Assembly (NCBI GenBank): GCA_965248355.1
Contig: OZ252098.1
Location: 1,177,858-1,241,857 of the forward strand
Length of the DNA: 64,000 bases
Origin: Candidatus Latescibacterota bacterium
GTDB taxonomy: Bacteria > Latescibacterota > UBA2968 > UBA8231
Direction of reading: 5' to 3'
The first letter of the stretch is position 1, and each line of letters starts with the position of its first letter. Below the pieces are notes generated by a model. It was not told where the DNA came from. It searched no databases and saw only the letters and a list, made by a program, of their open reading frames with translations. Position numbers and translations under genes: made by a program. Of the stretch, positions 27,990 to 37,544 are shown piece by piece.

Positions 27990-28868
27990 TCAGTTGCGGC
28001 TCATGCGGCCCTGGAAGAAACGGGCCAGCGGTTTCACGTGGTCCCGGGTGGCGTCGATGCGGATCTCGTCGACGCCGAGCCTGCGAAAGGCGTGGGTGCG
28101 CTGCCGGGCGGCCTCCCGGCGCAGCGCGGCGAAGCGGTCGCGGGCCTCGGCGTGACCGCTGTCGACGATCAGCTGCTCGCCGGTCTCCGCGTCCCGCAGG
28201 GTGACGAAGCCCACGTCGGGCAGCTCCATCTCCCGGGGGTCCTCCACGGTCACGGCGATCACGTCGTGGCGCCGGGCGGCGCGCTGCATGGCGCGCTCGT
28301 AGCCGGTGTCGAGGAAGTCGGAGATGACGAAAACCACCGCGTGCCGGGATATGACCCGGTCGAGGGTCTCCAGGGCGGTGGCGATCGAGGTGCCCCGGCC
28401 ACGGGGGCGGTGGTAGAGCAACTCGCGGATGACGCGCAGCACGTGGCGGCGGCCCTTCTTGGGGGGCACGAAGACCTCCACGGCGTCGGTGAAGATCAGC
28501 AGGCCGGCCCGGTCGTTGTTGCGGATCGCCGAGAAGGCCAGCAGAGCGGAGATCTCCACCGAGACCTCGCCCTTCATCCGGGGGCCCGAGCCGAAAGCGC
28601 CGGAAGCGCTGGCGTCGACCACGAGAAGGACGGTCAGCTCGCGCTCCTCGTCGAAGACCTTCACGAAGGGCTTGCCTCCGGCGCGGGCGGTCACGTTCCA
28701 GTCGATGGTGCGCACGTCGTCCCCCGGCTGGTACTCCCTCACCTCGGCGAACTGCATCCCGTGACCCTTGAAGACGGAGTGATACTCGCCGGCGAAGAGG
28801 TCGCTCACCAGGCGGCCGGCCTGGATCTCGATGCGGTGAACCTTGTCGAGGATCTCCTTGGGGACCAT
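27990..28868 (-). CDS. DUF58 (VWA-like) protein
   Basis: GMQFAEVREYQPGDDVRTIDWNVTAR, VKVFDEERE, VISDF. Confidence 0.93.
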   Translation of the reverse strand: MVPKEILDKVHRIEIQAGRLVSDLFAGEYHSVFKGHGMQFAEVREYQPGDDVRTIDWNVTARAGGKPFVKVFDEERELTVLLVVDASASGAFGSGPRMKGEVSVEISALLAFSAIRNNDRAGLLIFTDAVEVFVPPKKGRRHVLRVIRELLYHRPRGRGTSIATALETLDRVISRHAVVFVISDFLDTGYERAMQRAARRHDVIAVTVEDPREMELPDVGFVTLRDAETGEQLIVDSGHAEARDRFAALRREAARQRTHAFRRLGVDEIRIDATRDHVKPLARFFQGRMSRN

Positions 28869-28872
28869 GGCC

Positions 28873-29868
28873 TCAGGGCACCTCGACGTGATCGAAGAGC
28901 TGTTCCACGATGCGGTCGGAGTCGATCTGTTCGGCCTCGGCCTCGTAACTGGTGGCCACGCGATGGCGCAGCACGTCGGGGCCGACGGCCTTCACATCCT
29001 CGGGGGTCACGTAGCCGCGGCGCCGGATGAAGGCGTGGGCCCGGGCGGCGCGGGCCAGGAACAGCGTCGCCCTCGGCGAGGCGCCGTACTCGATGAGGGG
29101 CGCGAGCTCCTCGAGGCCGGCCGCGCCCGGCTCTCGGGTGGTCTGCACCAGATCGACGATGTAGTCCTTGATCTTGTCGTCCATGTAGACCAGGCGGATC
29201 GATTCGCGCAACCGCAGAATGTCGTCCAGACCGGCTACCGCCTCGATGGGAATCTCGCGGTCCTCCATCATGCGCTCGAGGATCTGCCTCTCCTCGTCGC
29301 GAGCCGGGTAGTCCACACGGACCTTGAGCATGAAGCGATCGATCTGCGCTTCGGGCAGGGGATAGGTCCCCTCCTGCTCGATCGGGTTCTGGGTGGCCAT
29401 GACCAGGAACGGATCGTCGAGGGCGTAGCTCTCGTCCCCGATCGTCACCTGGCGTTCCTGCATGGCTTCGAGCAGCGCGCTCTGCACCTTGGCCGGGGCG
29501 CGGTTGATCTCGTCGGCGAGGATGAGGTTGGCGAAGATGGGCCCCTTGCGGGCCACGAACTCGCCCGAGTGCTGCTGGTAGATCAGCGTGCCCGTGAGAT
29601 CCGCCGGGAGCAGATCGGGTGTGAACTGGATGCGGTTGAAGCGGCCTCGAATGATGCGCGCCAGACTGCTGACCGTCAGGGTCTTGGCCAGGCCCGGCAC
29701 GCCTTCGAGCAGGATGTGCCCGCCGCACAGGAAGCCGATGAAGATCCGCTCCACCATCTGCCGCTGGCCGACGATGACGCGGTCCATCTCGGCCAGGATG
29801 CGGCCCAGGAGCAGACTCTCCTCCTCGATGCGCGCCGTGAGGGCGCCGATGTCCGGGTTGGCCTGCAC
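28873..29868 (-). CDS. moxR: MoxR family AAA+ ATPase
   Basis: LEGVPGLAKT, RIQFTPDLLPAD, DEINRAPAKVQSALLEAM, ATQNPIEQEGTYPLPEAQ. Confidence 0.96.
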   Translation of the reverse strand: MQANPDIGALTARIEEESLLLGRILAEMDRVIVGQRQMVERIFIGFLCGGHILLEGVPGLAKTLTVSSLARIIRGRFNRIQFTPDLLPADLTGTLIYQQHSGEFVARKGPIFANLILADEINRAPAKVQSALLEAMQERQVTIGDESYALDDPFLVMATQNPIEQEGTYPLPEAQIDRFMLKVRVDYPARDEERQILERMMEDREIPIEAVAGLDDILRLRESIRLVYMDDKIKDYIVDLVQTTREPGAAGLEELAPLIEYGASPRATLFLARAARAHAFIRRRGYVTPEDVKAVGPDVLRHRVATSYEAEAEQIDSDRIVEQLFDHVEVP

Positions 29869-29933
29869 GGAATCTCAGCACCCTCCCCGGGCGGTCGTGG
29901 TCTCGAGCGGTGTCATTTCCCCGTCGTGAGAAC

Positions 29934-30458
29934 TCAAGGCGAGGCGGTGCTGTCCCCTTCCTGGAAGCTCACCCATTCCTCCGGAGGGCGTCCCACGTGG
30001 GGCAGCAGTTGACGGGCGTTGGCAGCCAGCTCGGAGCTCGGATAGTTGTCGATGACGGCCTGGTAGGCGGCGCGCGCGGCATCGAGGTCGCCGAGATGCT
30101 CCTCGAGGATGAAGGCGATCATGAACTGCGACTCATCGGCCTCGTCGCTGTCGGGATACTCGGCCAGGATGCGCTCGTACTGGGCCAGGGCGCCCATCAT
30201 GTCGCCGCCCTGCTGGCGCAGAATGGCCAGCTGCTTCAACGCCTGAGGCCGGCCCCCATCCTCCGGGTGGACCTGCAGGTAGGCTTCGAGAAGCTCGACC
30301 GCCGCGGACGCTTGGGTCGAGTCCCGCGCCGCCGCCCGGGCCGCCTGGAGGGCTTCGTCCAACTGTTGATCGGCCGAGGGCCCGCTGCATCCGGCCCCGA
30401 CCCACAGCATGGCGGCCCCGATCATCGGGGGGATCCTGGCGGCCCATTGGCTGCTCAT
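29934..30458 (-). CDS. TPR lipoprotein (CpoB/BamD-like repeats; start approximate)
   Basis: Lipobox-like GAGC; TPR units (YERILAEYPDS, YQAVIDNYPSS). Confidence 0.75.
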   Translation of the reverse strand: MSSQWAARIPPMIGAAMLWVGAGCSGPSADQQLDEALQAARAAARDSTQASAAVELLEAYLQVHPEDGGRPQALKQLAILRQQGGDMMGALAQYERILAEYPDSDEADESQFMIAFILEEHLGDLDAARAAYQAVIDNYPSSELAANARQLLPHVGRPPEEWVSFQEGDSTASP

Positions 30459-30558
30459 CTCACTGCACACCTGCTGTCTCTCCGGTCTGGCGCGGCTGGC
30501 ACCAACGACCCTCACATCGAGAAAAAGACGCCCCGAGTGGCCGCCGGTTCCCTCGCCT

Positions 30559-30885
30559 TCAACTGTCTTCCGACTTGGAGGAGGCCGGCTTCCTGGCCGA
30601 GTCGCCTTTGCCGCCCTCGCCCGACTTGGAGGACGCAGGCTTCGAGTCGGGCGTGTCGGCCTTGGCCGCCTTCTTGTAGTTGTCGCTCCGGTAGTCGGTG
30701 ATGTAGAACCCGGAGCCCTTGAACAGCAGGCCCCCACCGGTCCCGATCAGCCGGCGCACCCGGCCCCGGCCCGAGCCCTCCGGGCATTCGCTCCGGGGAC
30801 ATCTCTCCAGCGGCTCGGCGGTGATTCTCTGGAGCGCCTCGAACTGGTGTCCGCACGTCTTGCATTCATATTCGTAGGTCGGCAT
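30559..30885 (-). CDS. FmdB family zinc-ribbon protein
   Basis: MPTYEYECKTCGHQFE..CPRSEC..FKGSGFYITDY. Confidence 0.9.
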   Translation of the reverse strand: MPTYEYECKTCGHQFEALQRITAEPLERCPRSECPEGSGRGRVRRLIGTGGGLLFKGSGFYITDYRSDNYKKAAKADTPDSKPASSKSGEGGKGDSARKPASSKSEDS

Positions 30886-30925
30886 GTGACATCTTCCCGG
30901 TGCTGCGCGGCCGAGGGAAACTAGA

Positions 30926-30954
30926 ATACTACGCAGGTATGTTGGAATGGGCAA
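30926..30954 (-). promoter_or_regulatory. Candidate sigma70 promoter upstream of FmdB-like gene
   Basis: Minus strand TTGCCC(30954-30949)-N17-TAGTAT(30931-30926). Confidence 0.45.
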
Positions 30955-30982
30955 CGCCTGCACCCGCCCTGCGGACCCGTCC

Positions 30983-33085
30983 CTACCCTCCGCCGGGGAG
31001 GCCCGCCTCGGCCGGCAGGTCATCGGTCTCCTCGAGCACCAAGACCGGCAGATCCTCCCTCTTCAGGGGCCGGACTCGACCCCGGCCGTCGATCCTCAGA
31101 AGGGTCAGCTCGGAATTCACGCGGCGAGAGGGGCCAAAACTCACCCGTCCGGAGGCTCCTTCGTAGTGGCGCAGATCGGCGAGGTATCGCCGCAGGCCGG
31201 TGCGGCTGTGGTGGCCGGCCCGCCAGCCCTCCATGACGAGGCGCGCGGCATCGTATCCCGCGCTGGCGTAGCCCGGATCCCGCCCGGTCCGCGAGCGGAA
31301 GGCGTCGACGAAGTTCCGCTCGTGCTCCGATCCCTGGCGCCGGGAGACGAAGATGCAACCCTTCACGTGCTGGCGCTCCGTGGACGGCAATTCCGAGATC
31401 GCCTCGGGATCGTACCACCTATCGTTGCCGAGCAACTGCGTCTGGATTCGGTGGAAGCGCAACTGCGGTGCGATGGTGCGGGCGTCTTCGAAGAGCTCGA
31501 TGATCACGGCCGCGCCGTCGATGGACTCGATGAAGATCTCCGCCGAGTCCGGTGGTTCCTCGACGGGAACCACCGCCTGATCGACGAGTTCCCGGAAGGT
31601 CGATTCGCCCTCCAGGCTCGTGTCCAGAAGGGCCCCCTCGAGGGAGTCGAGCAGCTCGGGGCGGATCCTCTCCGGGAGCTCGAGGGAGAAACCGATCTGA
31701 CGCAACTCCTGGAACTGCGCCTGAAAGTCCTTCTGCTCCCCGGGATAGTACCATTCGCTGTGGACGATCCGTCCGCCGTTGGCCACGGCGGCCGCGGTGA
31801 AGGCCTTCTCGAAGGCGTGCCCGTCGTCGCTGAGCGGCGAGAGGATGGCGAGGGTGTGCAGGCCGAGCACGAGGGTGGCGTACTCGGCCAGGGCCTGGCC
31901 TTGAACCTCGGGAATCGGGTTCAGCTGGAAAATGTGTCGCCCCAGGGTATCCAGACCGCTCTGCTGGGCCAGTGGGGCGATGAGCGGCACTCCCGCCGCT
32001 TCGGCCACGGCGGCGGCGGCGGCGCAGGAGGGGGAGAACACGGGACCGACGATCGCTTGCACATCCGCCTCCCCGGCCAGGAAGCGGGCACCGGAGACGA
32101 CGCGAACGAGCCGGTCGCCGTCGCTCTGGTAGATGGGCACCTCCTCTTCCTCGAAGTCCTCGTACTCCGCGCCGGTGTCGACGACGACGATGTCGAAGGG
32201 CTTTCCGAGCTCGTCGTTGGCCAACTCGACACCCTCGAGCAGATCGACCCCGATGGCCCCCTCGCGGCCGGAGAAGGGCGCGAGCACCCCGAGCCGCGGC
32301 ACTCCCCGACGACGGGCCGGCTTGCCGGCTGCCGGCTCACGCGGAGGCCGGTCAGGCGCTCCTCCCTCCAGCGCGGAGCGCGCGAGACGGTGGAACATCC
32401 CTGTCTCACCCGCGCTGTCGATGTACGCCGACAGCCGGCTGCGGGCGAGCTCGACCCAGCCGAGCCGTCCGTACCAGCGCGCCTCGCCATAGAGCAGGGC
32501 ATGGCGCATTCCCCGGGACCCCAGGCGGCGGATGCGGTCCTGCATCTCCGTATCGAGCGACCGGTTCCTCACCATTCCGGCCAGACGCTCGGCGGCGCTG
32601 GCCTGGAGCGCCACCGGGCCCGACCCTTCGAGAAGCCGGGCGTACTCGAGGGCGGCCTCGTCGTGGCGGCCCAGCACGTAGTACCCGTCGCCCGCGACCA
32701 TCCGGGCATCGCCGGCATAGCGCCCGCCCGGGGACTCCCGAAGGAGGCGCCGAGCCGCCCGCACCGCACCCGCGGCGTCGTCCAGACGCAACCGGCTGCG
32801 GCCGAGCATCAGCAGCGCCGCCATCGAGCGATGATTGGCCGGCAACTCGGTGACGGCGGCAAAGCGCTCGCTCGCCGCCCGCCAGTGACCCTCTTCGCAG
32901 GCAGCAAGGCCCTGCGAGAACAGGCGCTCCGCCGCGCGCGAGTAGCGTCCATCCTCGACGGCCTGGGAAGCATGGGGCCCGCTCAGGAGGGCCAGCGCGC
33001 ACAGGGCGCTGACGAGCCGGGAGATGCCTTGTCCCCGCTGCGGGGCCCGGTTACATTCGCCGAGGGCTCGCGCCTCCATCCTCAC
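30983..33085 (-). CDS. TPR + periplasmic-binding-protein fold protein (LpoA/LppC-like)
   Basis: Signal peptide, N-terminal TPRs, then LGVLAPFSG, IVGPVFS, GVPLIAP, GYDAARL, YEGASGRVSF. Confidence 0.75.
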   Translation of the reverse strand: MRMEARALGECNRAPQRGQGISRLVSALCALALLSGPHASQAVEDGRYSRAAERLFSQGLAACEEGHWRAASERFAAVTELPANHRSMAALLMLGRSRLRLDDAAGAVRAARRLLRESPGGRYAGDARMVAGDGYYVLGRHDEAALEYARLLEGSGPVALQASAAERLAGMVRNRSLDTEMQDRIRRLGSRGMRHALLYGEARWYGRLGWVELARSRLSAYIDSAGETGMFHRLARSALEGGAPDRPPREPAAGKPARRRGVPRLGVLAPFSGREGAIGVDLLEGVELANDELGKPFDIVVVDTGAEYEDFEEEEVPIYQSDGDRLVRVVSGARFLAGEADVQAIVGPVFSPSCAAAAAVAEAAGVPLIAPLAQQSGLDTLGRHIFQLNPIPEVQGQALAEYATLVLGLHTLAILSPLSDDGHAFEKAFTAAAVANGGRIVHSEWYYPGEQKDFQAQFQELRQIGFSLELPERIRPELLDSLEGALLDTSLEGESTFRELVDQAVVPVEEPPDSAEIFIESIDGAAVIIELFEDARTIAPQLRFHRIQTQLLGNDRWYDPEAISELPSTERQHVKGCIFVSRRQGSEHERNFVDAFRSRTGRDPGYASAGYDAARLVMEGWRAGHHSRTGLRRYLADLRHYEGASGRVSFGPSRRVNSELTLLRIDGRGRVRPLKREDLPVLVLEETDDLPAEAGLPGGG

Positions 33086-33114
33086 GACGATCGACCTCCT
33101 TCGGCCATACCACG

Positions 33115-34635
33115 ATGATTCACCTCGAGAGACCGGGGCTCGACCCGGAGCAGGTCCGCAGAATCCTCGCCGAGCAGAGCCGGGGCGAAGGGCAGCCCAC
33201 GGAATCCGCGGGCTCCGAGACCGTGGGCACCGGCGCCGGCACGGAATCCGACCCCCCCCAAGGCCGCCGGCTGGAGTTCCATCTCAAGCCCCGGGAGTTG
33301 ATTGCCCACCTCGACAGCTACGTCGTCGGTCAGCCCCGGGCCAAGGCGATTCTCGCCACCAAGATCTGCACCCATTTCAACCGCTTGAGCCTGCCCCCCG
33401 ACGATAACGAGGAGGTGGTGGGCCAGATCAAGAACAACGTCCTCATGGTCGGTCCCACGGGGGTGGGCAAGACCTACCTCATCCGCCTCATCGCCCGCCG
33501 CCTCGGCGTCCCCTTCGTCAAGGCGGACGCCACCAAGTTCAGCGAGACCGGGTACGTGGGAGGGGACGTGGAGGACCTGGTCCGCGAGCTGGTGACCGAA
33601 GCCGACGGCGACATCGAGCTGGCCCAGAACGGCATCATCTACATCGACGAGATCGACAAGATCGCCGCCAGCGGCCGCACCAGCGGCCCCGATGTCTCGC
33701 GCACCGGTGTCCAGCGCAACCTCCTCAAGCTGATGGAGGAAACCGAGGTCGATCTGCGCTCGCCTCACGATCTGCCGTCGCAGATGGAGTCGGTGATGCA
33801 GATGCAACGCACCGGCAAGGTGGAACGCAAGAAGGTGAACACCCGCCACATCCTGTTCGTCGTGAGCGGCGCCTTTGCCGGTCTCGAGGAGATCATCCGC
33901 CGCCGGCTCAACCGGGGGGCCATGGGTTTCCGGTTGTCGAGCCGGGAGAGCCCCAGGGCGGCCATCGACGATTCGGCCCTGCTGGGGGAGGTTCGGGCCG
34001 AGGATCTGCTCGAGTTCGGTTTCGAGTCCGAGTTCATCGGCCGGCTCCCCGTGGTGGCCGTCCTCGCGGAGCTGTCCCGGACCGACCTCCTCGAGATCCT
34101 GCGCAGCCCCATGAGCAGCGTCGTCCTCTCCAAGATACGGGACTTCCTCGCCTACGGCATCGAGCTGCAGATCTCCGACGAGGCGCTCCAGCTCCTGGCC
34201 GACCGCGCCTTCGAGGAGCGGATCGGCGCCAGGGGCCTGGTGAGCGCGGTGGAAAAGGTCCTTCTGGACTTCGAGTGCCGGCTCCCCTCTCTCGATGTCG
34301 ACGCCTTCCACGTGACCTCCGAGGTCGTCGAGGATCCGGCCGGGGCTCTGGAGCGCCTGGTGGCCGAGCATTCGATCGAGGCCTTCCGGTCCGGTTTCGA
34401 GAAGGACCACGGGATCCGCTTCGAGTTCACCACCCGGGCCCTGTCCTGCCTGCGCGACCGGGCGGCCTCGGAGGGCCGCCTGCCGGGAGAGATCTGCACC
34501 GACCTGTTCTCCGACTACGGTCACGGTCTGAAGCTTCTGGAGCTCGACCGGTTCGAGATCACGCCCCAGGTCCTCGCCGATCCGCAGAAGGCCCTCGATG
34601 GAATGATCCGCAAGCTATACGGCGGCACGGGTTAG
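33115..34635 (+). CDS. ClpX-like AAA+ ATPase lacking the N-terminal zinc-binding domain
   Basis: LDSYVVGQ, GPTGVGKT, DATKFSETGYVG, YIDEIDKI, MGF loop, EFIGRLPV, GARGL. Confidence 0.85.
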   Translation: MIHLERPGLDPEQVRRILAEQSRGEGQPTESAGSETVGTGAGTESDPPQGRRLEFHLKPRELIAHLDSYVVGQPRAKAILATKICTHFNRLSLPPDDNEEVVGQIKNNVLMVGPTGVGKTYLIRLIARRLGVPFVKADATKFSETGYVGGDVEDLVRELVTEADGDIELAQNGIIYIDEIDKIAASGRTSGPDVSRTGVQRNLLKLMEETEVDLRSPHDLPSQMESVMQMQRTGKVERKKVNTRHILFVVSGAFAGLEEIIRRRLNRGAMGFRLSSRESPRAAIDDSALLGEVRAEDLLEFGFESEFIGRLPVVAVLAELSRTDLLEILRSPMSSVVLSKIRDFLAYGIELQISDEALQLLADRAFEERIGARGLVSAVEKVLLDFECRLPSLDVDAFHVTSEVVEDPAGALERLVAEHSIEAFRSGFEKDHGIRFEFTTRALSCLRDRAASEGRLPGEICTDLFSDYGHGLKLLELDRFEITPQVLADPQKALDGMIRKLYGGTG

Positions 34636-34638
34636 TCC

Positions 34639-36024
34639 TCACCGTCGGAGTCCGTACTCCCTCTCCTTCCGGTAGAGGGTGCTCAGGCCGATCTCGAGCA
34701 CCTTCGCCGCCTTGCGTCGATCGTAGTCGACGGCCTTCAGGGTCTGCTCGATGGCGAGCCTCTCGACCTGCTTCATCGTCATTCCCGGCCGCAGGCCTCC
34801 CTCGTCGCCCCCACCCGGGACACCGCGTATGTGAGCCGGCACGTCGGAGGTGGTCAGCTCCCGGCCGGGCGCCGACATGACCACCATTCCCTCCATGCAG
34901 TTCTTCAACTCGCGGACGTTTCCGGGCCAGCCATAGTCCATCAGGGCGTCCATGGCGGCCCCGTTCAGCGCGTGGATCTGGCGTCCGTTCTCCCGGGAGA
35001 ACTGGCGCAGGAATTCGTTCACCAGGATGGGGATGTCCTCACGGCAGTCGCTCAGCCGGGGAATGCGGATGGTGACCACGTTGAGCCGGTAGTAGAGGTC
35101 CGCACGGTAGGTCCCCTCCTCGACCATGGCCTCGAGATTCCGGTTCGTGGCCGCGATGAGGCGAACATCGGCGCGCAGGGTGGCGGTGCCTCCCACCCGT
35201 TCGAACTCGCCGCTCTGAGTGACGCGCAGGAGCTTGACCTGGGTCGCCGGGGAGAGATCCCCCACCTCGTCGAGGAAGAGGGTTCCCATGTCGGCCAGCT
35301 CGAACCGACCCTTGCGCGAGGTGCTGGCGCCGGTGAAGGCTCCGCGTTCGTGTCCGAAGAGCTCGCTCTCGACGATGCTCTCGGGCAGGGCGCCGCAGTT
35401 GGTCTCCACGAAGGGGCGGTCCCGGCGAGGGCTCTGCTGGTGGACAGCCTTGGCCACCTCTCCTTTGCCCGTGCCGGTCTCGCCCACCAGCAGGACGGTG
35501 GCCCGGGACCTGGCCACCTGCTCGATCTGGGCGTAGATGCGCTGCCAAAGGGAGGACCGGCGGGCGATCCCACCGTAGCGATAGCGTTCGTCCAGGCGGC
35601 GCTGGAGATCCGAGACTTCTCCCACCAACCGCTGGTAGGAGAGGCCCCGATCGAGAACGGCCCTCACCTTGCTCAGATTCAGGGGACGGACCTGGAAGTC
35701 GTAGGCTCCCTGGCGCATGGCTTCGGTCCCCAGCTCGATCTGGTCCGAACCCGTGGACACGATGGCGCAGATCTCCGGGTTCCGTTCCCGGGCCAGCCGC
35801 ACCAGCCGCAGGCCGTCGATGCGGCTGTCGGCGAGTGGGCAGATGAGGGCGTCCACCGGTTCGGAATCGAGGATGTCGTAGGCCGCCGCCCCCTCGCGGG
35901 TGGGCAGCACCTCGAAGCCCTCCCGGCGCAAGTAGGAGACCAGTTGGTGCGTGGCCTCCTCTTCCGGCGCCACGACCAGGATCCGCGGGGAGGCGTCTTT
36001 CTCCGGAGGTCTGGCGACGCTCAC
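34639..36024 (-). CDS. Sigma-54 dependent activator (NtrC family) with degenerate receiver domain
   Basis: GETGTGK, ESELFGHERGAFTGA, LFLDEVG, WPGNVREL, C-terminal Fis-type HTH; GTG start with AAGGGA SD. Confidence 0.92.
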   Translation of the reverse strand: MSVARPPEKDASPRILVVAPEEEATHQLVSYLRREGFEVLPTREGAAAYDILDSEPVDALICPLADSRIDGLRLVRLARERNPEICAIVSTGSDQIELGTEAMRQGAYDFQVRPLNLSKVRAVLDRGLSYQRLVGEVSDLQRRLDERYRYGGIARRSSLWQRIYAQIEQVARSRATVLLVGETGTGKGEVAKAVHQQSPRRDRPFVETNCGALPESIVESELFGHERGAFTGASTSRKGRFELADMGTLFLDEVGDLSPATQVKLLRVTQSGEFERVGGTATLRADVRLIAATNRNLEAMVEEGTYRADLYYRLNVVTIRIPRLSDCREDIPILVNEFLRQFSRENGRQIHALNGAAMDALMDYGWPGNVRELKNCMEGMVVMSAPGRELTTSDVPAHIRGVPGGGDEGGLRPGMTMKQVERLAIEQTLKAVDYDRRKAAKVLEIGLSTLYRKEREYGLRR

Positions 36025-36044
36025 GCTCGAGGCTCCCTTCCGTG

Positions 36045-37433
36045 TCAATCGGGACGGAGGCCCGTCCAGCGAGAGGAACGCAGGAGACGAACCACCACCT
36101 CGCAATGGGGGGTGTGGGGGAAGAGGTCCACCGGCCTGGCCCGCTCCAGGTCGTAACCGGCGGCGCACAAGGCCGAAAGGTCCTCGGCCAGGCTCTCCGC
36201 ATTGCAGGAGATGTAGAGGATCGTGGGGGCGCCCAGGCAGACCATCCCCTCGATGACCTTCCGGTGCAGCCCGGCCCTGGGTGGATCGGCGATGACGGCC
36301 TCGAAGCGCTCCGTCCTCTCCTCGCAGAGATCGGCCAGGGCCTCCTCGGCCGGGCCCGCGATGAAGGCGCAGTTGTGGATCCCGTTGCGCTCCGCGTTCC
36401 GGCGGGCGTCGGTCACCGCCTCGCGTACCTGCTCGACGCCGACGACGGCTCGCGCCCTGGAGGCCACGTGAAGGCTGATGCCGCCGGTCCCGGCATAGAG
36501 ATCCAGCACGTCCCCATCGAACCCGGGGCCGAGGAACTCCCGCACGATCTCGTAGAGCCGTCCCGCCCCCCGCGTGTTGGTCTGGAAGAAGGACTGGGGG
36601 GAGATCTCGAACTCGAGGTCACCGCAGCGCTCGGTGATGCGCCCGGCGCCCTTGATCAGGAAGCTCTCCTCCCCGGCGGCGACCTGGGCCTTGCCGCCGT
36701 GGCGGGTGACGACGCAGGTGGTGATGCCCTCCCCGACCTGGCCCAGCACGCCCGCCAGCATTCGGTCGACGCCATCGTGCGGGTACTCGCGGACGACGAG
36801 GTTGACCATGGTCTGACCCGTGTCCTTTCCCTCCCGGACCACCAGGAAGCGCAGCAGACCCTCGTGGCTCTTGAGGTCGTAGGCCGGCAGGGCCAGCCGG
36901 GTGGCGTGGGTGCGGAAGGCGTCCACGATCCTGTTGGAAGCCTCGGACTGGAGGTGGCAGGCCTCCAGGTCGAAAATCCGGTTGAACCGTTCGCGCACGT
37001 GCAGTCCCAGCCACGGGTGCCCTTGGCGGTCGCTCCCGAAGGAGAACTCCATCTTGTTGCGATAGTAGAACGGATCCGGGCTGGGGGCGATCGTCTGCCA
37101 GCGTCCGACCCGGATCTCGCGGCGCTCGAAGGACTGGCGGACCATCTGCTCCTTGAGCCGCAGTTGGTCCTCGTACCCGAGATCCTGCCACCGGCACCCA
37201 CCGCACAGTCCGAAGTGCGTACAGGGCGGGTCGACGCGCGCCACTCCCTCTTCGATCAGATCGTCGACGACGCCCTCGAAGCGCCCCTTGCGCTTGCGCC
37301 TGAGGTAGACCTCCACCCGGTCCCCCGGGACGCTGCGCGGGACGAGCACCTCCCGGCCGTCCTGAATCGCCAGGCCGTCGCCCCTCGGGGTGAGGGCCTC
37401 GATGTCGACGATGACACGTTCCCCTCGTTTCAT
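36045..37433 (-). CDS. rlmD: 23S rRNA m5U1939 methyltransferase (RlmD/TrmA family)
   Basis: TRAM domain, CTHFGLCGGC Fe-S motif, YRNKMEF, FFQTN, DPPRAG, YISCN, DLFPHTPHCE. Confidence 0.92.
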   Translation of the reverse strand: MKRGERVIVDIEALTPRGDGLAIQDGREVLVPRSVPGDRVEVYLRRKRKGRFEGVVDDLIEEGVARVDPPCTHFGLCGGCRWQDLGYEDQLRLKEQMVRQSFERREIRVGRWQTIAPSPDPFYYRNKMEFSFGSDRQGHPWLGLHVRERFNRIFDLEACHLQSEASNRIVDAFRTHATRLALPAYDLKSHEGLLRFLVVREGKDTGQTMVNLVVREYPHDGVDRMLAGVLGQVGEGITTCVVTRHGGKAQVAAGEESFLIKGAGRITERCGDLEFEISPQSFFQTNTRGAGRLYEIVREFLGPGFDGDVLDLYAGTGGISLHVASRARAVVGVEQVREAVTDARRNAERNGIHNCAFIAGPAEEALADLCEERTERFEAVIADPPRAGLHRKVIEGMVCLGAPTILYISCNAESLAEDLSALCAAGYDLERARPVDLFPHTPHCEVVVRLLRSSRWTGLRPD

Positions 37434-37465
37434 CCCTCCTCGACGGCGGCGCGACGTGGCGTTGA

Positions 37466-37509
37466 CAAAACGACGGGCGAGGTGGGAGCCTTCCCACCTC
37501 GCCCGTCGT
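37466..37509 (-). terminator. Rho-independent terminator after rplQ
   Basis: Perfect 18-bp stem (37470-37487 with 37492-37509), 4-nt loop, short U run on the minus strand. Confidence 0.85.
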
Positions 37510-37544
37510 CATTCCCAGTTGTCCGAGGGCGGCCGCCCAGGTGG

